Shown piece after piece: positions 51,336 to 64,000 of a DNA stretch of 64,000 nt. Source of the DNA: Eledone cirrhosa. Its lineage: Eukaryota. The position numbers were made by a program, and so were the translations under genes. Position 1 is the first letter of the stretch, and every line of letters begins with the position of its first letter. The stretch lies in assembly GCA_964016885.1 (NCBI GenBank), contig OZ024743.1, positions 51,460,001 through 51,524,000 of the forward strand, given 5' to 3'. The notes below the pieces were generated by a model. That model ran no database searches and had not been told where the DNA came from. It saw only the letters and a program-made list of their open reading frames with translations.

Positions 51336-51933
51336 TAAAATATTAAAAAAATAATGAATAAAACAATGAAACAGTTCCTTATATTAAACAAAAAAAGTTC
51401 ATTATTTAACGATCGTTTCTAGGACATATATGTGTTAGAATTGGCATGCATATTCAAAAGATCTATGTAACAAAATTATACAAACTATCAAAGAGAATAT
51501 ACATACCAGCACATATATATGCTGTCTTCAGAAATAATGAAGTATATTTATTGATAATAACAACAATTCAAAATTACAGGTCTGTTTGGGAACAGATTTT
51601 GAAATAGACCAATGAAATACATAAAAATTCATCAAGAAAATACAGTTAGGTGTGTGTATATATGCAAGTAATCTTCGTACACAGATATGCATAAAAATGT
51701 ATGTTCACATGCATACGCATGTCGAAAAAGTGTATGTAAATATAAAAATTCAGGCGCGTAATGTCTCTGTATGTTTATAATCCACAGACAAAATATACAT
51801 ACATATACATACATATATACACACATATATACACACATATACATACATTTATACACACACACGCATATATACATAAACACACACATACCCCACGAACACA
51901 CACACACATATATACACCACACACACACACAAC

Positions 51934-51966
<33 letters not shown>

Positions 51967-52196
51967 TACGTATATATTATTATTATAACTATATGGATAT
52001 TGAGGCGCACACATAAACACGGCCACATACACTTACATCTAGATGCAGAATTAAAAGTAGGTAAGGGGAGTAAGTAATTAAGGAGGGGTGTCAGACTCAG
52101 CATATTTATAAAAATGTATCTATAAATTTAGAAATAAAAAAGAAATATAATAAAAGAAATAAACAAGTAAAACATATACTCATACATATAAATACA

Positions 52197-52264
<68 letters not shown>

Positions 52265-52518
52265 CACATACACACACATATATATATATATATACACACA
52301 TACTCACAACACACATATATACATATATGTACAACACACACACACATACATACACATACACTTATATATATATACATATATATACATATATATATACACA
52401 CATATATATATACACACATACATATACACACACACACAGTCAGACAATTATGCACCATATATACAGATACATACACACATCTCTACAAATACATATACAT
52501 ACACATACATACATACAC

Positions 52519-52551
<33 letters not shown>

Positions 52552-53535
52552 CATTCATACACACTTATTTACATGCGCACATATGTATTTTTTATACTCA
52601 CATACAAACACACATACATACTTACATACACATACATACATCCACGCTTACAAATAGGAATAATTATAGGGCGGGGGGGGAAGAGGGGATTAAAATTATT
52701 AGTGGAAATAGTAAATATAGGTTTCAAGGAACATAGAATATTAATCTGCATTTAAATCATAATATGTGTTTACATAGTAGTGTCAGTATTAGGAAATGTA
52801 AGAAAGAAGGCTAAATTAATGCATTTTAATATAAGTAGACTATTAATTATAGGTTAATTAAAGTAAAAATAGTTAATATATTAATTTCTAAGGTGTATAC
52901 TACTTAGGTTTATAATATTTAAAGCGGAATTTTGAAGTTAAACAGTAGTAGAGTATTAATTATAGCATAACTAAATTAAAAATATTAACATGATGGTATC
53001 AATTTTAGGAAATGAATTTTGTAATAGGGAAAGCCAAATCAAGTATTTCATCGGTAGTAGAATATTAATTATAGGTTAACTAAATTAAAAATTATATATT
53101 AATTTCTATAGTATATGTTAATTAGGTTTATAATAATTAAAGCAAATTTTGTATTTTATCTATAGTAGAATATAATTATAGGTTAACTAAAATTAAAATT
53201 AATCTATATATTTATTTGTAAAGAATATATTAATTAGGTATATATTTAAAAGTTTTTCTCAGTTTATGATTACATGGATTGCAGAATATCTGGGTAATTG
53301 CTGGCCTTGTGCCTAAAGTAGAAACAATTATTTCTGAAGACAGCATATATATATATATGTGTTGGTATGTATATTCTCTTTGATAGTTTGTATAATTTTG
53401 TACATAGATCTTTTGAATATGCATGCCAATTCTAACACATATATGTCCTAGAAACGATCGTTAAATAATGAACTTTTTTTGTTTAATATAAGGAATTGTT
53501 TCATTGTTTTATTCATTATTTTTTTAATATTTTAT
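51335..53535. repeat. ~205-bp inverted repeat pair (51335-51538 / 53327-53535) enclosing 1.8 kb
   Basis: aacgatcgtttctaggacatatatgtgttagaattggcatgc and its reverse complement, with few differences. Confidence 0.9.
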
Positions 53536-53784
53536 CTTGACTCTGTATTCCGTTTATCTTTTACCGAAAGTGATCTCTTCTTTCCATGATATCCGGATTA
53601 CATTGAGTTCTTCATACGGATTGGACACTACCGTAAACTTTTGGTAGATTTATCTATATATCTATATATATATATCTATATATATATATCTATATATATC
53701 TATATATATATATCTATATATATCTATCTATATATATCTATATATATCTATCTATATATATCTATATAGTAGGACATTTAATGT

Positions 53785-55723
53785 AGTAGGAGGTTTGCCA
53801 ATGTTCTGCGACGGGAAGATCAGAGGCGTGCGGTGTTCCACATTGCAAGGCAGTGTGTCAATGCAAATCAGGATGTTGTTGGAGATAAATGTGTCCGGAA
53901 TGATGCTGGTGTACTTAGTGTCACGAATGATCAGAAAAAGGAGGCCTGGTAATGTCATTATGAGAGACTGATGAATGTGAAGAACGAATGGGAGAGATGG
54001 AAATTACCCTATGTAGATCCGACAGAGGGACCAGCTATTGAGATTGACGAATATAGGGTCCAAGAGGCGATTAAGGAAATGAAAAATGGTAAGGCTGCTG
54101 GACCATCGGGGATAGTTGCTGAGATGCTGAAGGCATCAGGGGACGTAGGCACTAAACTGGTTGCACGCATCATCAATCGGGCTATATATGGTGGTGTCAT
54201 ACCCAAAGACTGGTGCAGCAGTATTCTCATAAATTGCTACAAAGGTGAAGGGGATGCTCTGGAGAGGAGCAATTATAGGGGTATAAAACTGATAGATCAG
54301 GTTATGAAAGTGGCAGAAAGGATATTAGCACAACTAATTAGAAAAAGGGTCAAACTAGATGAGATGCAGTTTGGTTTTGTGCCTGGGAAGAGTACAACAG
54401 ATGCCCTCTTCTTGGTGAGACAATTGCAAGAGAGGTTCTTAGAGAAAAATAAGCCACTATACTTAGCCTTTGTTGACCTAGTGAAGGCCTTTGATAGGGT
54501 ACCCCGATCTGTCATCTGGTAGTCCCTAAGGAAACTAGGTGTTGAGGAATGGCTTGTGAGGACAGTGCAAACTTTGTACAGAGGTGCTCTCAGTAAAGTC
54601 AGGGTAGGAATGGAGTTTAGTGAGGAATTCCAGATACAAGTAGGAGTACATCAAGGTTCGGTCCTCAGCCCCCTTCTTGTTAATTATAGTCCTCCAAGCC
54701 ATAACAGAGGAGTTTAAGACTGGCTGTCCATGGGAACTTCTCTATGCTGACGATCTGGTTCTTAACAGAATCAGTAGAGGAGCTAGAGAATAAATTCTGG
54801 CTATGGAAACAGCAGTTGGAAGCAAGAGTACTGAGAGTGAACCTAGCTAAGACAAAAGTGTTGATGAGTAGAAACGAGGACAAAACTCTGATTCCGTCAG
54901 GGAAATGGCCATGTTCGATATGCAGAAAAGGAACTTGCATAAATTCTATAAAATGCACACAATGCAGATCCTGGGTACACGAGATGTAGTGGATAGCAGG
55001 CAAACTAACAGGTAGGGAGAAATATGTATGCAGTAGATGTACAGGGAAATTAGACAGTAGAAGTCGCATTGATAGACACATTTTTCAAATGCAGGGGGGT
55101 GCTATAGAAGTGGTGGATGGCTTCCGGTACCTAGGAGATCAGATTAGCATGGGAGGGGAGTGTTTCCGAGGCCATAGTATCTAGAATAAGGATGGGTTGG
55201 AAGAAGTTTAGGGAGCTGCTTCCTCTGCTGACGAAGAAGGGTTTCTCCCTGCATACGAAAGGCCGGTTATATGATGCCTGTGTGAGGAGCGCGATGCTGC
55301 ATGGTAGTGAGACATGGGCAGCGACTGCAGAGGATATGCGACGGCTGGAGAGAAATGAGGCAAGCATTCTCCGTTGGATGTGCAATGTCAATGTGCGTGA
55401 ACGACCCAGCATGAATGAGTTGAGATAGAAACTGTGTCTGAGAGGGATAGAATGTAGTGTGCGAGAGAGGAGACTGAGGTGGTATGGACATGTGATGCGC
55501 ATGGTTGATGACCGAAGTGCCAGGAAATACCAGTTGAAGGAAGACGTGGTAGAGGTAGACCATGAAAAACATGGGCGGAGATGGTGAGAACAGACCTCAG
55601 ATCATTGAAGCTCACGGTGGAGATGATGAAGGACCGTGACAAGTGGAGAGATGCTGTGCTAAATAAGACATGTCCCACCCTTGCAAGCAGGGAAAAGCGG
55701 GCGTAAAATGATGATGATGATGA
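53785..55723 (+). mobile_element. RTE family A, 5'-truncated pseudogenised copy
   Basis: RT motifs with stops and frameshifts; (TGA)n tail; flanked by TA/TC repeats. Confidence 0.95.
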
Positions 55724-56076
55724 TATATATATAGATATATATATATCTATATATATATATCTATATCTTTATATATATATGTAAAAAGAATATATTCATT
55801 TTTATCGTTATTTCAATTTACAGGAAAATACGTATTTTTTGGCATGTTTATTTATCTACATATTAAAAAACATATCGGTGCATCTATCTTTCCTCAGACA
55901 ATAAAATGTCTGTCTATCTGTGGCTGTCTGCCTATCTAGCTATCTGTTTCTATCAATCAATCTATCTATGTCTGCCTGCCTACCTTTCTATCTATCTATG
56001 TCTGTATGTATGACTGTCAATCTATAGTTATCTATTTATGTGGGTGGGTGTCATCGTAATTTAGGTTTGATAATGA

Positions 56077-56260
56077 TTAACCCTTTAGCATTTACATTAC
56101 TTTATATTTACTATTGTATTTTCATGGTAAACACTTTATTTCACATAATTATCTCACATAATATTGAATCTAAGAGAATTTGATATTATTTATTTTGAGA
56201 ACAATACCTTAATATCAGTATGAGTGGTCAGTTACAGCCGGTTTGAACAGAAAGAGGTGA
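56077..56260 (+). mobile_element. piggyBac-type MITE family 1, right end missing (a reverse partial copy lies at ~63190-63368)
   Basis: ttaaccctttagcatttacattac... homologous to 20303-20505. Confidence 0.75.
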
Positions 56261-57059
56261 ATTCAAGCATCTTTACCTAGAATGTTGTAGTCTAGGAATT
56301 ATCCCATTATCTTTTACTAACCCCATAGGGCAATGAATTGGCAGTATTGGTAGAATGTTGGACAATGTTTTGCAGCATAGTTACGGCCCTTTATGTTCTG
56401 AGTTCAAATCCCGCTGAGGTCACTTTGCCTTTCATCCTTACGAGTCAATAAAATAAAGTACCTGTAATGCAATGAGATTGATTTAATCAACTTTCCCTTC
56501 CCCCAAAATCAATGGCCTTGTGCCTAAATCAGAAACCATTATTTTTACCCCCCCCCCCTCCACTTCTCCAGCAATTTTTACCATTTTAAATTGTACTATG
56601 CTACTATATATATATATATATATATAAATATATTCAAAATAGGGAGCGCACAGAACAAAAATAATGGAAAAGAACAAAAGAAAGACGGACATTCCCATCT
56701 CCTCAGTCAGCCTCTGGAAATCACTATGGTTTCAGTGTATTTAGTTCGACACTGTTCATTCCAGTACACATTGGGACATAACAAAACAGAGACAAGTTAT
56801 GCCTTTAGATAAATTACACAAATATAGAGGATACAAGGGCTTAACTAAAGGAGAGAAATAGTAAAAGAGAAGAGAATGACAGTAGTCCACCATGTAGACA
56901 AAGAAAGACACAGGTGTAGAAAAGGGAAGGAAGAAAAGGTAAAAACAGGTGTGATGTCTATTATATGATAGCTTAAAAAAAGGTCTTTTGAATAAAATCA
57001 AAATGAGGAGAGCACAAGACAAAGAGCATGCTCAAAACACCCCAAATGACTTAAAAATG

Positions 57060-57275
57060 ATTTCTCTCTCCCTCATACTCCCCTTTCCATATTAGTCTCC
57101 CCCTCATACTCCCCTTCAATATTAGTCTCTCCCTCATACATCCCTTTCCATATTAGTCTCTCTCTCATGCCTCCCTTTCCATATTAGTCTCTCCCTCATA
57201 CTCCCGTTTCCATATTAGTCTCTCTCTCTTATTCTCCCCTTTCCATATTAGTCTCTCTCTCTCTCATGCCCCCCC
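57060..57275. repeat. ~30-bp minisatellite (ccatattagtctctccctcatactcccctt)
   Basis: Direct reading. Confidence 0.85.
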
Positions 57276-58274
57276 TTTCCCCTCTTTCTGCTGTGCCCTC
57301 CCCCTACCACCCTTTCTCCCCATTCTACAATTCTGCAACCAATCTGACACAATGACAATACATTTTAGTTAACTTTTGTTACCTGCTATTTCTGTCTCTC
57401 ACACGCACACACACTGTCTCTCACACGCACACACACTGTCTCTCACACGCACACATACTGTCTATACACTCACTCCCTCACACACACACGTACACATATA
57501 CACACACTGTCTATACACTCCCTCGCACACACAATGTCTATACACTCACTCCCTCACACACACTCTCATATACTCACTCACACTCTCTCACATACACACA
57601 CACATACAGTCACACACACACACACATTCACACACCCACACTCACACTCCATGAACATATACAGCCATTAAGCAGTGAGCGAAAGTCGGTCACCTGTCTG
57701 AGGTGTGGACATAATAATTAATATTTACTACACATTAGTTCTCCATTAACTTGACCTGACCTCATCTGATAGGTCAAGAATTTCGTCAGTGAACAAATAC
57801 TAAAAAATAGCAGTAGTTTGACCTGGAGTTTAAGTTATATTAAAGTCACTAAAATACTACTAACTACTACTAAACCTTTACCAGTTGCTAAACAGAAACC
57901 CTACTACAGGTCAAAGATAGAACAGCTGTGAATAAGTGAGTGAGTGTGCAAATACATATATCTATATATATGCGTGTGTGTGTGTGTGTGTATAGCTCTA
58001 TATACGTGTGTGTGTGTGCATATAGATGTGTGGTGTGTGTGTGTATGCATATAGATATGTGTGCATGTGTGTATGCATATAGATATATATGTGTGTGTGC
58101 ATATATATATATGTGTGTGTGTGTGTGTATGCATACATATATATGTGTGTGTGTGTATGTATGCATATAGATATATATATATGTGTGGGTGTGTATGCAT
58201 ATATATATGTATGTGTGCGTATATATATATATATATACATATATATGTGTGTGTGTGTGTATGCATATACATAA

Positions 58275-59712
58275 ATTGTCCTAATGTCAGGTGACCGTGA
58301 CTTGCTCATACAGAACTTGGCTTGCTTTCTACGGCTGGATGACCTTCCTAATGTGATTCACATTTACAGAGTAGACTGGATGCTTTTTATTGTGACACAC
58401 ACCTACACAACCACTTTACTGTGACTGGAGCCTCGGGAAGGGAGGTGCATGGGAATTGGAGAGGTAGATCTAGGGTGGGGCACTTATCTGCTAATGGATA
58501 GGGGGCATAGGGATGTGGATGGAGGGTAGAATGTTAGGACATGGTTGGAGTGTTTGGGTGTATGGAAGGGGAAGCAAGGGAAAGTGGTGCATACTAGATG
58601 TATGCTTCAAACCATGTACATGGGAAGGCGGGTCTTCTGTATTACTACATAATTGTTTCTACATTAGGCACAAGGCCAGCAATTACCCAGTACATTACTG
58701 GTACTTTATTTAATCGACCCCGTAAGGATGAAAGGCAAAGTCAACCTCGGCGAGATTTGAACTCAGAATGCCAGAGATCTTGATCCTTTGAGAGATGCAA
58801 TTAAGCAAGGTCAGCTTTTATCACCTTATCCAAGATCTTCCTGGGTCTTCCTATTCCACAGCTGCCATCAACTTTGAGCACCCTGCACTTTTTTATAGAG
58901 CTTTTCATGCTTCATACACATCACATGTTCACACCAACATAATCTCCTCTCCTGCACACATCTGATCCCTCTTATGCCCAGTTTCACTCTCAATTCATTT
59001 ATGCTTTGCTATTTATGTATATTACCATTACACATCCATCGAAGCATACCAGCTTCCTTTCTTGCCAACCTTTGCAGGTCCTCTACACTCAGTGCCCAAG
59101 TCTCACAACCATGTAACATTGCTGTTTGTATACACGCATCATACAATCATTCATTTTGAGGGGAAAAAAACTTTTGTTGTTAGCAGTAGTAGTAGTAGCA
59201 GCTCTCTGAACATTTTTCATCTCGTTTTGTGAACATTTTTTCTGTGAACATTTGTTACTTACTGCTCCTGTGCAATGGCCACATGTAAAAACCTACATTC
59301 TTAGCTAACCTACCTGAGATCCCATTACATATCTTGTATACCCATGGAATTTCTACTCACCCTTTTCCTACACACTGAGTAGGGCCATTTGCCTGAGGGG
59401 TGTGAGCCTTGTTATCCTTTCTACTTACTAGGACTTTAGTCTTTGCCAGGTTGACTTTAAGACCTTTTGATTCCAGGTCAGGAATTTTTTCTCTAGTTCT
59501 GTCTTAGATTTAGCTATGAGAGTTAGATCATCAGCATACAGGAGTTCCAGTGGCCATCCTATTTTAAATTTTATTGTTATAGCCAGGAGGATGATACTAA
59601 ACAGGAGAGGGCTAAGGATGTATCCTTGGTGGACCCTCAACTTTCACACTAAACTCTTCACTATCTTCATTAATTTTAACCTTGCTGACAGTACCTCTGT
59701 ACATGGCTCTTG
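58275..59712 (-). mobile_element. Decayed RTE family B copy with a SINE inserted at ~58648-58770
   Basis: VHQGYILSPLLF...LLYADDL on the minus strand; UTR motif at 58320-58420. Confidence 0.85.
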
Positions 59713-59759
59713 ATGTTAAAATGTTTTGCAAGGTCAACAAAACAAAATGACAGTAGAAC

Positions 59760-60705
59760 CCTATTCAGAATCATATAAGACCTGACAAATAATAACAGCA
59801 GTAGTAAAGAAGTACCAGTTAAGGACAGAAATGGTCAACTGCTCATAACAGAGGAGGAACAGTTAAAATGATGGATGGAACACTTCAGCATAATTTGATC
59901 AGAAGTCAAGATAGCGTGATGGTTGTAAACATGAAGTCCCTCCCTCAAGGGGAATACACCTCCCAACACAACCTAGTTGTTAGGGCAAGATGAACTTGGA
60001 GACAGAGGGCAACCTGGAGGAGAAGGTTATAGAAGTTGAAGGAGCTCTCAGCCAGTAACAAATTTAGGAATATCTTGCTTGAATAATGATTATAGTGAGG
60101 AGTTTAGCATGCAAGTGGGGGTTCACAAGGGCTCTGTTCTTAGCCCTCTCCTGTTTATTATTGTTATAAAAGAAGAGTTTAAAACAGGCTGTCCACGGAA
60201 ATTCCTATATGCTGATGATATAACCCTGATAGCTGAATCTATGGCAGAATTAAAGAAAAAATTCCAAACCTGGAATCTTAAAGTTAACTGCTCAGTGTGT
60301 AGAAATTCCATCTTTTATCCCAAATACAAACTATGAGTACACAGGAGTTGTAGTGGGATCTCATGAAGGCTAGCAAAGAACATAGGTTTTACATGTGGTC
60401 AATACACATGAGCAGTAAGTAGCAAGTGCTGTGACCAAATTAGCAGTGGAGGTGAGTGTTCCAAAAGTAAAGTAGTCAGAGTAAGAATGAGATGGAAAAA
60501 GTTCAGGGAACTAATATCGCTGCTAACTACAAAAGGTGTTTCCTTCAAAATGAAAGGCAGATTGTATTATGCTTGTGTATGAACAGCAATGTTGCATGGA
60601 AGTGAGAGCTGGGCACTGTGTGTAAAGAACCTATGAAGATTGGAAAGAAATGAAGCTGGAATGCTTCAATGGATGTGTAATTATAACATACATGACTGGC
60701 GAAGC
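59760..60705 (+). mobile_element. Decayed, internally deleted RTE fragments
   Basis: VPVKDRNGQL..EEEQL, TSQHNLVV, VGVHKGSVLSPLLF...LYADD and MLHGSESW remnants. Confidence 0.75.
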
Positions 60706-60879
60706 ATAAATGGCTGGGGTGAAGGGTATGGAGGGTTGGCAGGAAGAGAGGAAGGAAAAAGTATGGCTGTGGAGTTTTGATTTTCTTTATTTCATTAATT
60801 AATTTATTCTTTTTCACATTCTGTTTCTTTTCTCCCTTCCTTCCACCGAACCATTCATCCGTAATCCCCCCCCCCCCCT

Positions 60880-61435
60880 CCATCACCCTCACCCCAGCCA
60901 TTATACCAACTGCAGACCCCCCCCAAATCACCCTCACCCCAGCCATGATACCAACTGAAGTTACCCCCACCTAATCACCCTCACCCCAGCCATTATACCA
61001 ACTGCAGTCCCCCCCCCAATCACCCTCACCCCAGCCATTATACCAACTGCAGTCCCCCCCAATCACCCTCACCCCAACCATGATACCAACTGCAGTTAAA
61101 ACCTCCAATACAATATTCTGTTGTCTACTATTGAACTAATTGATTGTGGGAGAGGGAGGGGAAGCAAAGTGGGTGGGTAGACTGTACAAGTGGAGGGAGG
61201 TTGCAAACAGGAAGATAGTAGGAATTTGGAGTTATGATACTGTCTGGTGGTGTTGGTGGTGGTGGTGTTGGTGGTGGTGTGGTGGTGGTGTTGGTAGTGT
61301 TGGTGTTGGTGGTGGTGTTGGTGGTGGCAGCGGTGGTGGTGATGTGGCGGTGTTGGTGGTGGTGTTGGTAGTGTTGGTGGTGGTGATGTGGTGGTGGTGG
61401 TGGTGGCGGCAGCGGTGGTGGTGGTTAATTGGGTA
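60880..61435. repeat. ~46-bp C-rich minisatellite (60880-61095) and (GGT)n tract (61245-61425)
   Basis: Direct reading. Confidence 0.85.
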
Positions 61436-64000
61436 TGAAAGGTAATGTGAAAACACACACATACATATCATCATCACTTAACGTCCATTTTGCCTGTTAG
61501 CAAAGGTCTGGGTCTTCACAGACCCAGTCTGTACTCAAGCAGAGCTACTGACCTCTCAGATGGGCATGAGGCCTGCATATTACTTACATGCAGCCCCATG
61601 CTCTACCGAGTGCATTTTATCGTGACAACAACAGCACTAGGGAGGTTGTCATCCCTTTGACACAACCAAAGGGTCCTCCTTTGTTTGACAAGCTTTCTAT
61701 GGCTGGATTCCCTTTATATATATATATATATAATAATCATCATCGTGGTTTAACGCCCATTTTCTATGCTACTATGAGTTAGATAGGTTGCTCATGTCAT
61801 GAGACAAGTCTGGCCAGTTGACCGCACCGTACCTTGTTCAGACGGAACAGTAAATTTATATATATTTATACACACACACATACATTAATAGTACAATATG
61901 AAGGTTAGATTTCATAACTTCTTTAATTATGCAATTAGCCATATATGTTTCTTTGGTGAAATGGTTATATCATAATACCATTATGAAATCTGTGACATGA
62001 TGTTTTCAGATGACCCATTAGATACAGTCCTGTATCGAGACAGATCTGTGTTTGATGTTGTTCCAGAGGCCAGTCTCCATATGAGTTTATAGTTCACAGT
62101 TAATAGTGTGTGTTGGCAGAGTTAAGAGGAGCTTAATGATAGGCAACCAGAACATTACAAGTAAGGAATGGAAACTAGAGGAGGAGGGAGCCAGGTGTGT
62201 CTGGCTAGATATAGTCAGTGGGGCAGGGGTTCCTCAACAAAGTTTCATAGTTTTGATACCATAGATTTGGATGGAGGAAATTCCACTATTCAGGTGTGGT
62301 GCCAGAAAGGACTGCTCAGGTGGGAGAGGGATATTCAAGTCCCCAGCTACATTGGAAAGGAGGATTTGCCTCTTGAAGCTTAGGCTAAAAGAAAGGCCTC
62401 TGTGGGTGGGGTAACAAACTTCCTTGAAGTTGCTGCGCATTAGATTTAGTTAAGACTGAGTCATATGTCCTAATGGATGACTTCAATGAACATGTGGCTG
62501 TGTGTGTATGTATGAAGAGTATGTGTATGGAGAAGTGTTGTTACCTATACTGTATAGCAACACGTGTGTTTGTGTATAGGGTGTGAGTATGTATGTATAC
62601 AAGAGTGTTATTATCTCTACTGTATGACAGCCCATTTGTGTGTGACATCTGGCTTATGCAGGGCATAGTGACCTAATTCTCTACTTCATGTGTATGTGTG
62701 TGACATCTGGCTTTGTGTGTATGTGTGTAAAATGTCATGCGTAACATTGATAAAATACCTCCACTGATATATAAGGAGGATGTTTGTGTTTATTATTTAA
62801 TTTTTTTACTGGTTTCGGTCATTAAGCTCTGGTCAAAGTGGGGCACTACACTTGTTTATAAGCACATGTACATTGACAGAGAATGATCATTTATGGCACG
62901 AATGAAAGCATTTTACAATATTTAGAACATTTGCTTCTCTTTTTTTCCCCCTTTCCTTCTGTGTTCAATGAATTCTGAATAAAAGATTTTTGTATGTTTT
63001 TGACAGTGTAGAATCTGTGTGTCAGACGCCCGAAAAGGTTGTACCATTATTATAATATAGATATTTTTTGTTAGTTAAATATTTTGATGTGAAACTAATG
63101 CTGATTCTGTGATACAAAACTGTTTATTTTAAAGTGTTTATATTTATTTAAGAAATCTTTCATCATAATTTTTATGTAAGGACTTCTTAACTGGCCAGAA
63201 TTCTCTCACTTTTTTCTGTTCAAACTGACTGTTACCGGCAACTCAAACTGATGTTAAGGTATTGTTCTCAACATGGATTCAATATTATGTGAGATAATTA
63301 TGTAAGGTAAAGCCTTTACCATGAAAATATAATAATAAATATAGAGTAATGTAAATGCTAAATAGTTAAGTTACGTTCCAGATACTACCTTAATAATGAG
63401 AAAGCGAGCTATGTTACTAAATCCTTCCAAATTCTTGATAATTTTGAAAATTATTTGAAAATAAGCAGTGTTTTGATGAGAAATATGGCAACAAAAGGGT
63501 AAATGTAATTTCATTTAAAGGTGGAAAATGACAGAACTATTATTACATGTAAAGATATATAACTTTTCTTTTCTTTAAATTTCTCATATTACAAAAGGTC
63601 AGTAATAACATTTAACATTTTGTAAGTTATTTCATGTAAACTAAATGGCTGCTGGTATGGGGTGGGGCATTGTTTTCTATTAGACTGAGGGAGAAAAGGT
63701 GAGTTGATAAGAGAGAGATTGCAAGTTATTTCATATAGCTAAATGGTTTGTATTAGGGTCATTATCTCAAAGTAGACTGATAGTGATGGAGAAAGTGTGG
63801 GTGGATAAGAGGGAGAGATATAAAGTTATTCCTTGTAATTAAGTGGTTGGTGGTAGGGGGAGTGACACTGCTTTAGTAGACTGTGAGAGGGGGAGAGAGT
63901 GATTGGAGGAGAAAGATTTAAAAAATCCAAATCCCAAATGCCACTCATTGCACATGTTTGAAACTTTTAAAGCTATCTTCACAGGACAGTAAATTGATAG

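Noticed and set aside
62030-62500. Possible decayed endonuclease/LINE fragment (VLMDDFNEHV)
   Set aside because: Single degenerate motif; boundaries and family cannot be supported.
62985-63045. Possible micro-exon (ttttgacag|TGTAGAATCTGT...AAAG|gttgta, CRICVSDARK)
   Set aside because: Weak donor, too short, no supporting exons.

Overview
Eukaryotic, AT-rich, repeat-saturated non-coding DNA with no host protein-coding gene that I can support. The combination of RTE LINEs with (TGA)n tails, tRNA-derived SINEs and very abundant (TA)n/(CA)n tracts looks like a coleoid cephalopod (octopus) intron or intergenic region; that assignment is inference. Contents: (1) two RTE-clade LINE families. Family A has its ORF running into the tail; family B has a long repeat-bearing 3' UTR. 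One B copy is nested just after the YADD motif of an A copy, and one young A copy keeps an open RT frame (22555-24219). (2) CR1/L2-like and other RTE relics. (3) tRNA-SINEs, TTAA-flanked piggyBac-type MITEs, a TIR element and non-autonomous Helitrons, three of them head-to-tail. (4) Many minisatellites, several derived from TE parts; the largest is a 48-bp x ~41 array inside a LINE 3' UTR. (5) A dense set of inverted repeats: a ~2-kb near-perfect palindrome at 34.9-36.9 kb, two hairpins at 16.1-16.6 kb, and IR pairs at 39.3/41.4 kb and 51.3/53.5 kb. Several carry degenerate hammerhead-ribozyme-like motifs suggesting Penelope/retrozyme-type elements. (6) An unidentified ~198-codon coding relic with a CxxC-CxxC motif. 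Nearly all long ORFs in the track are repeat artefacts.
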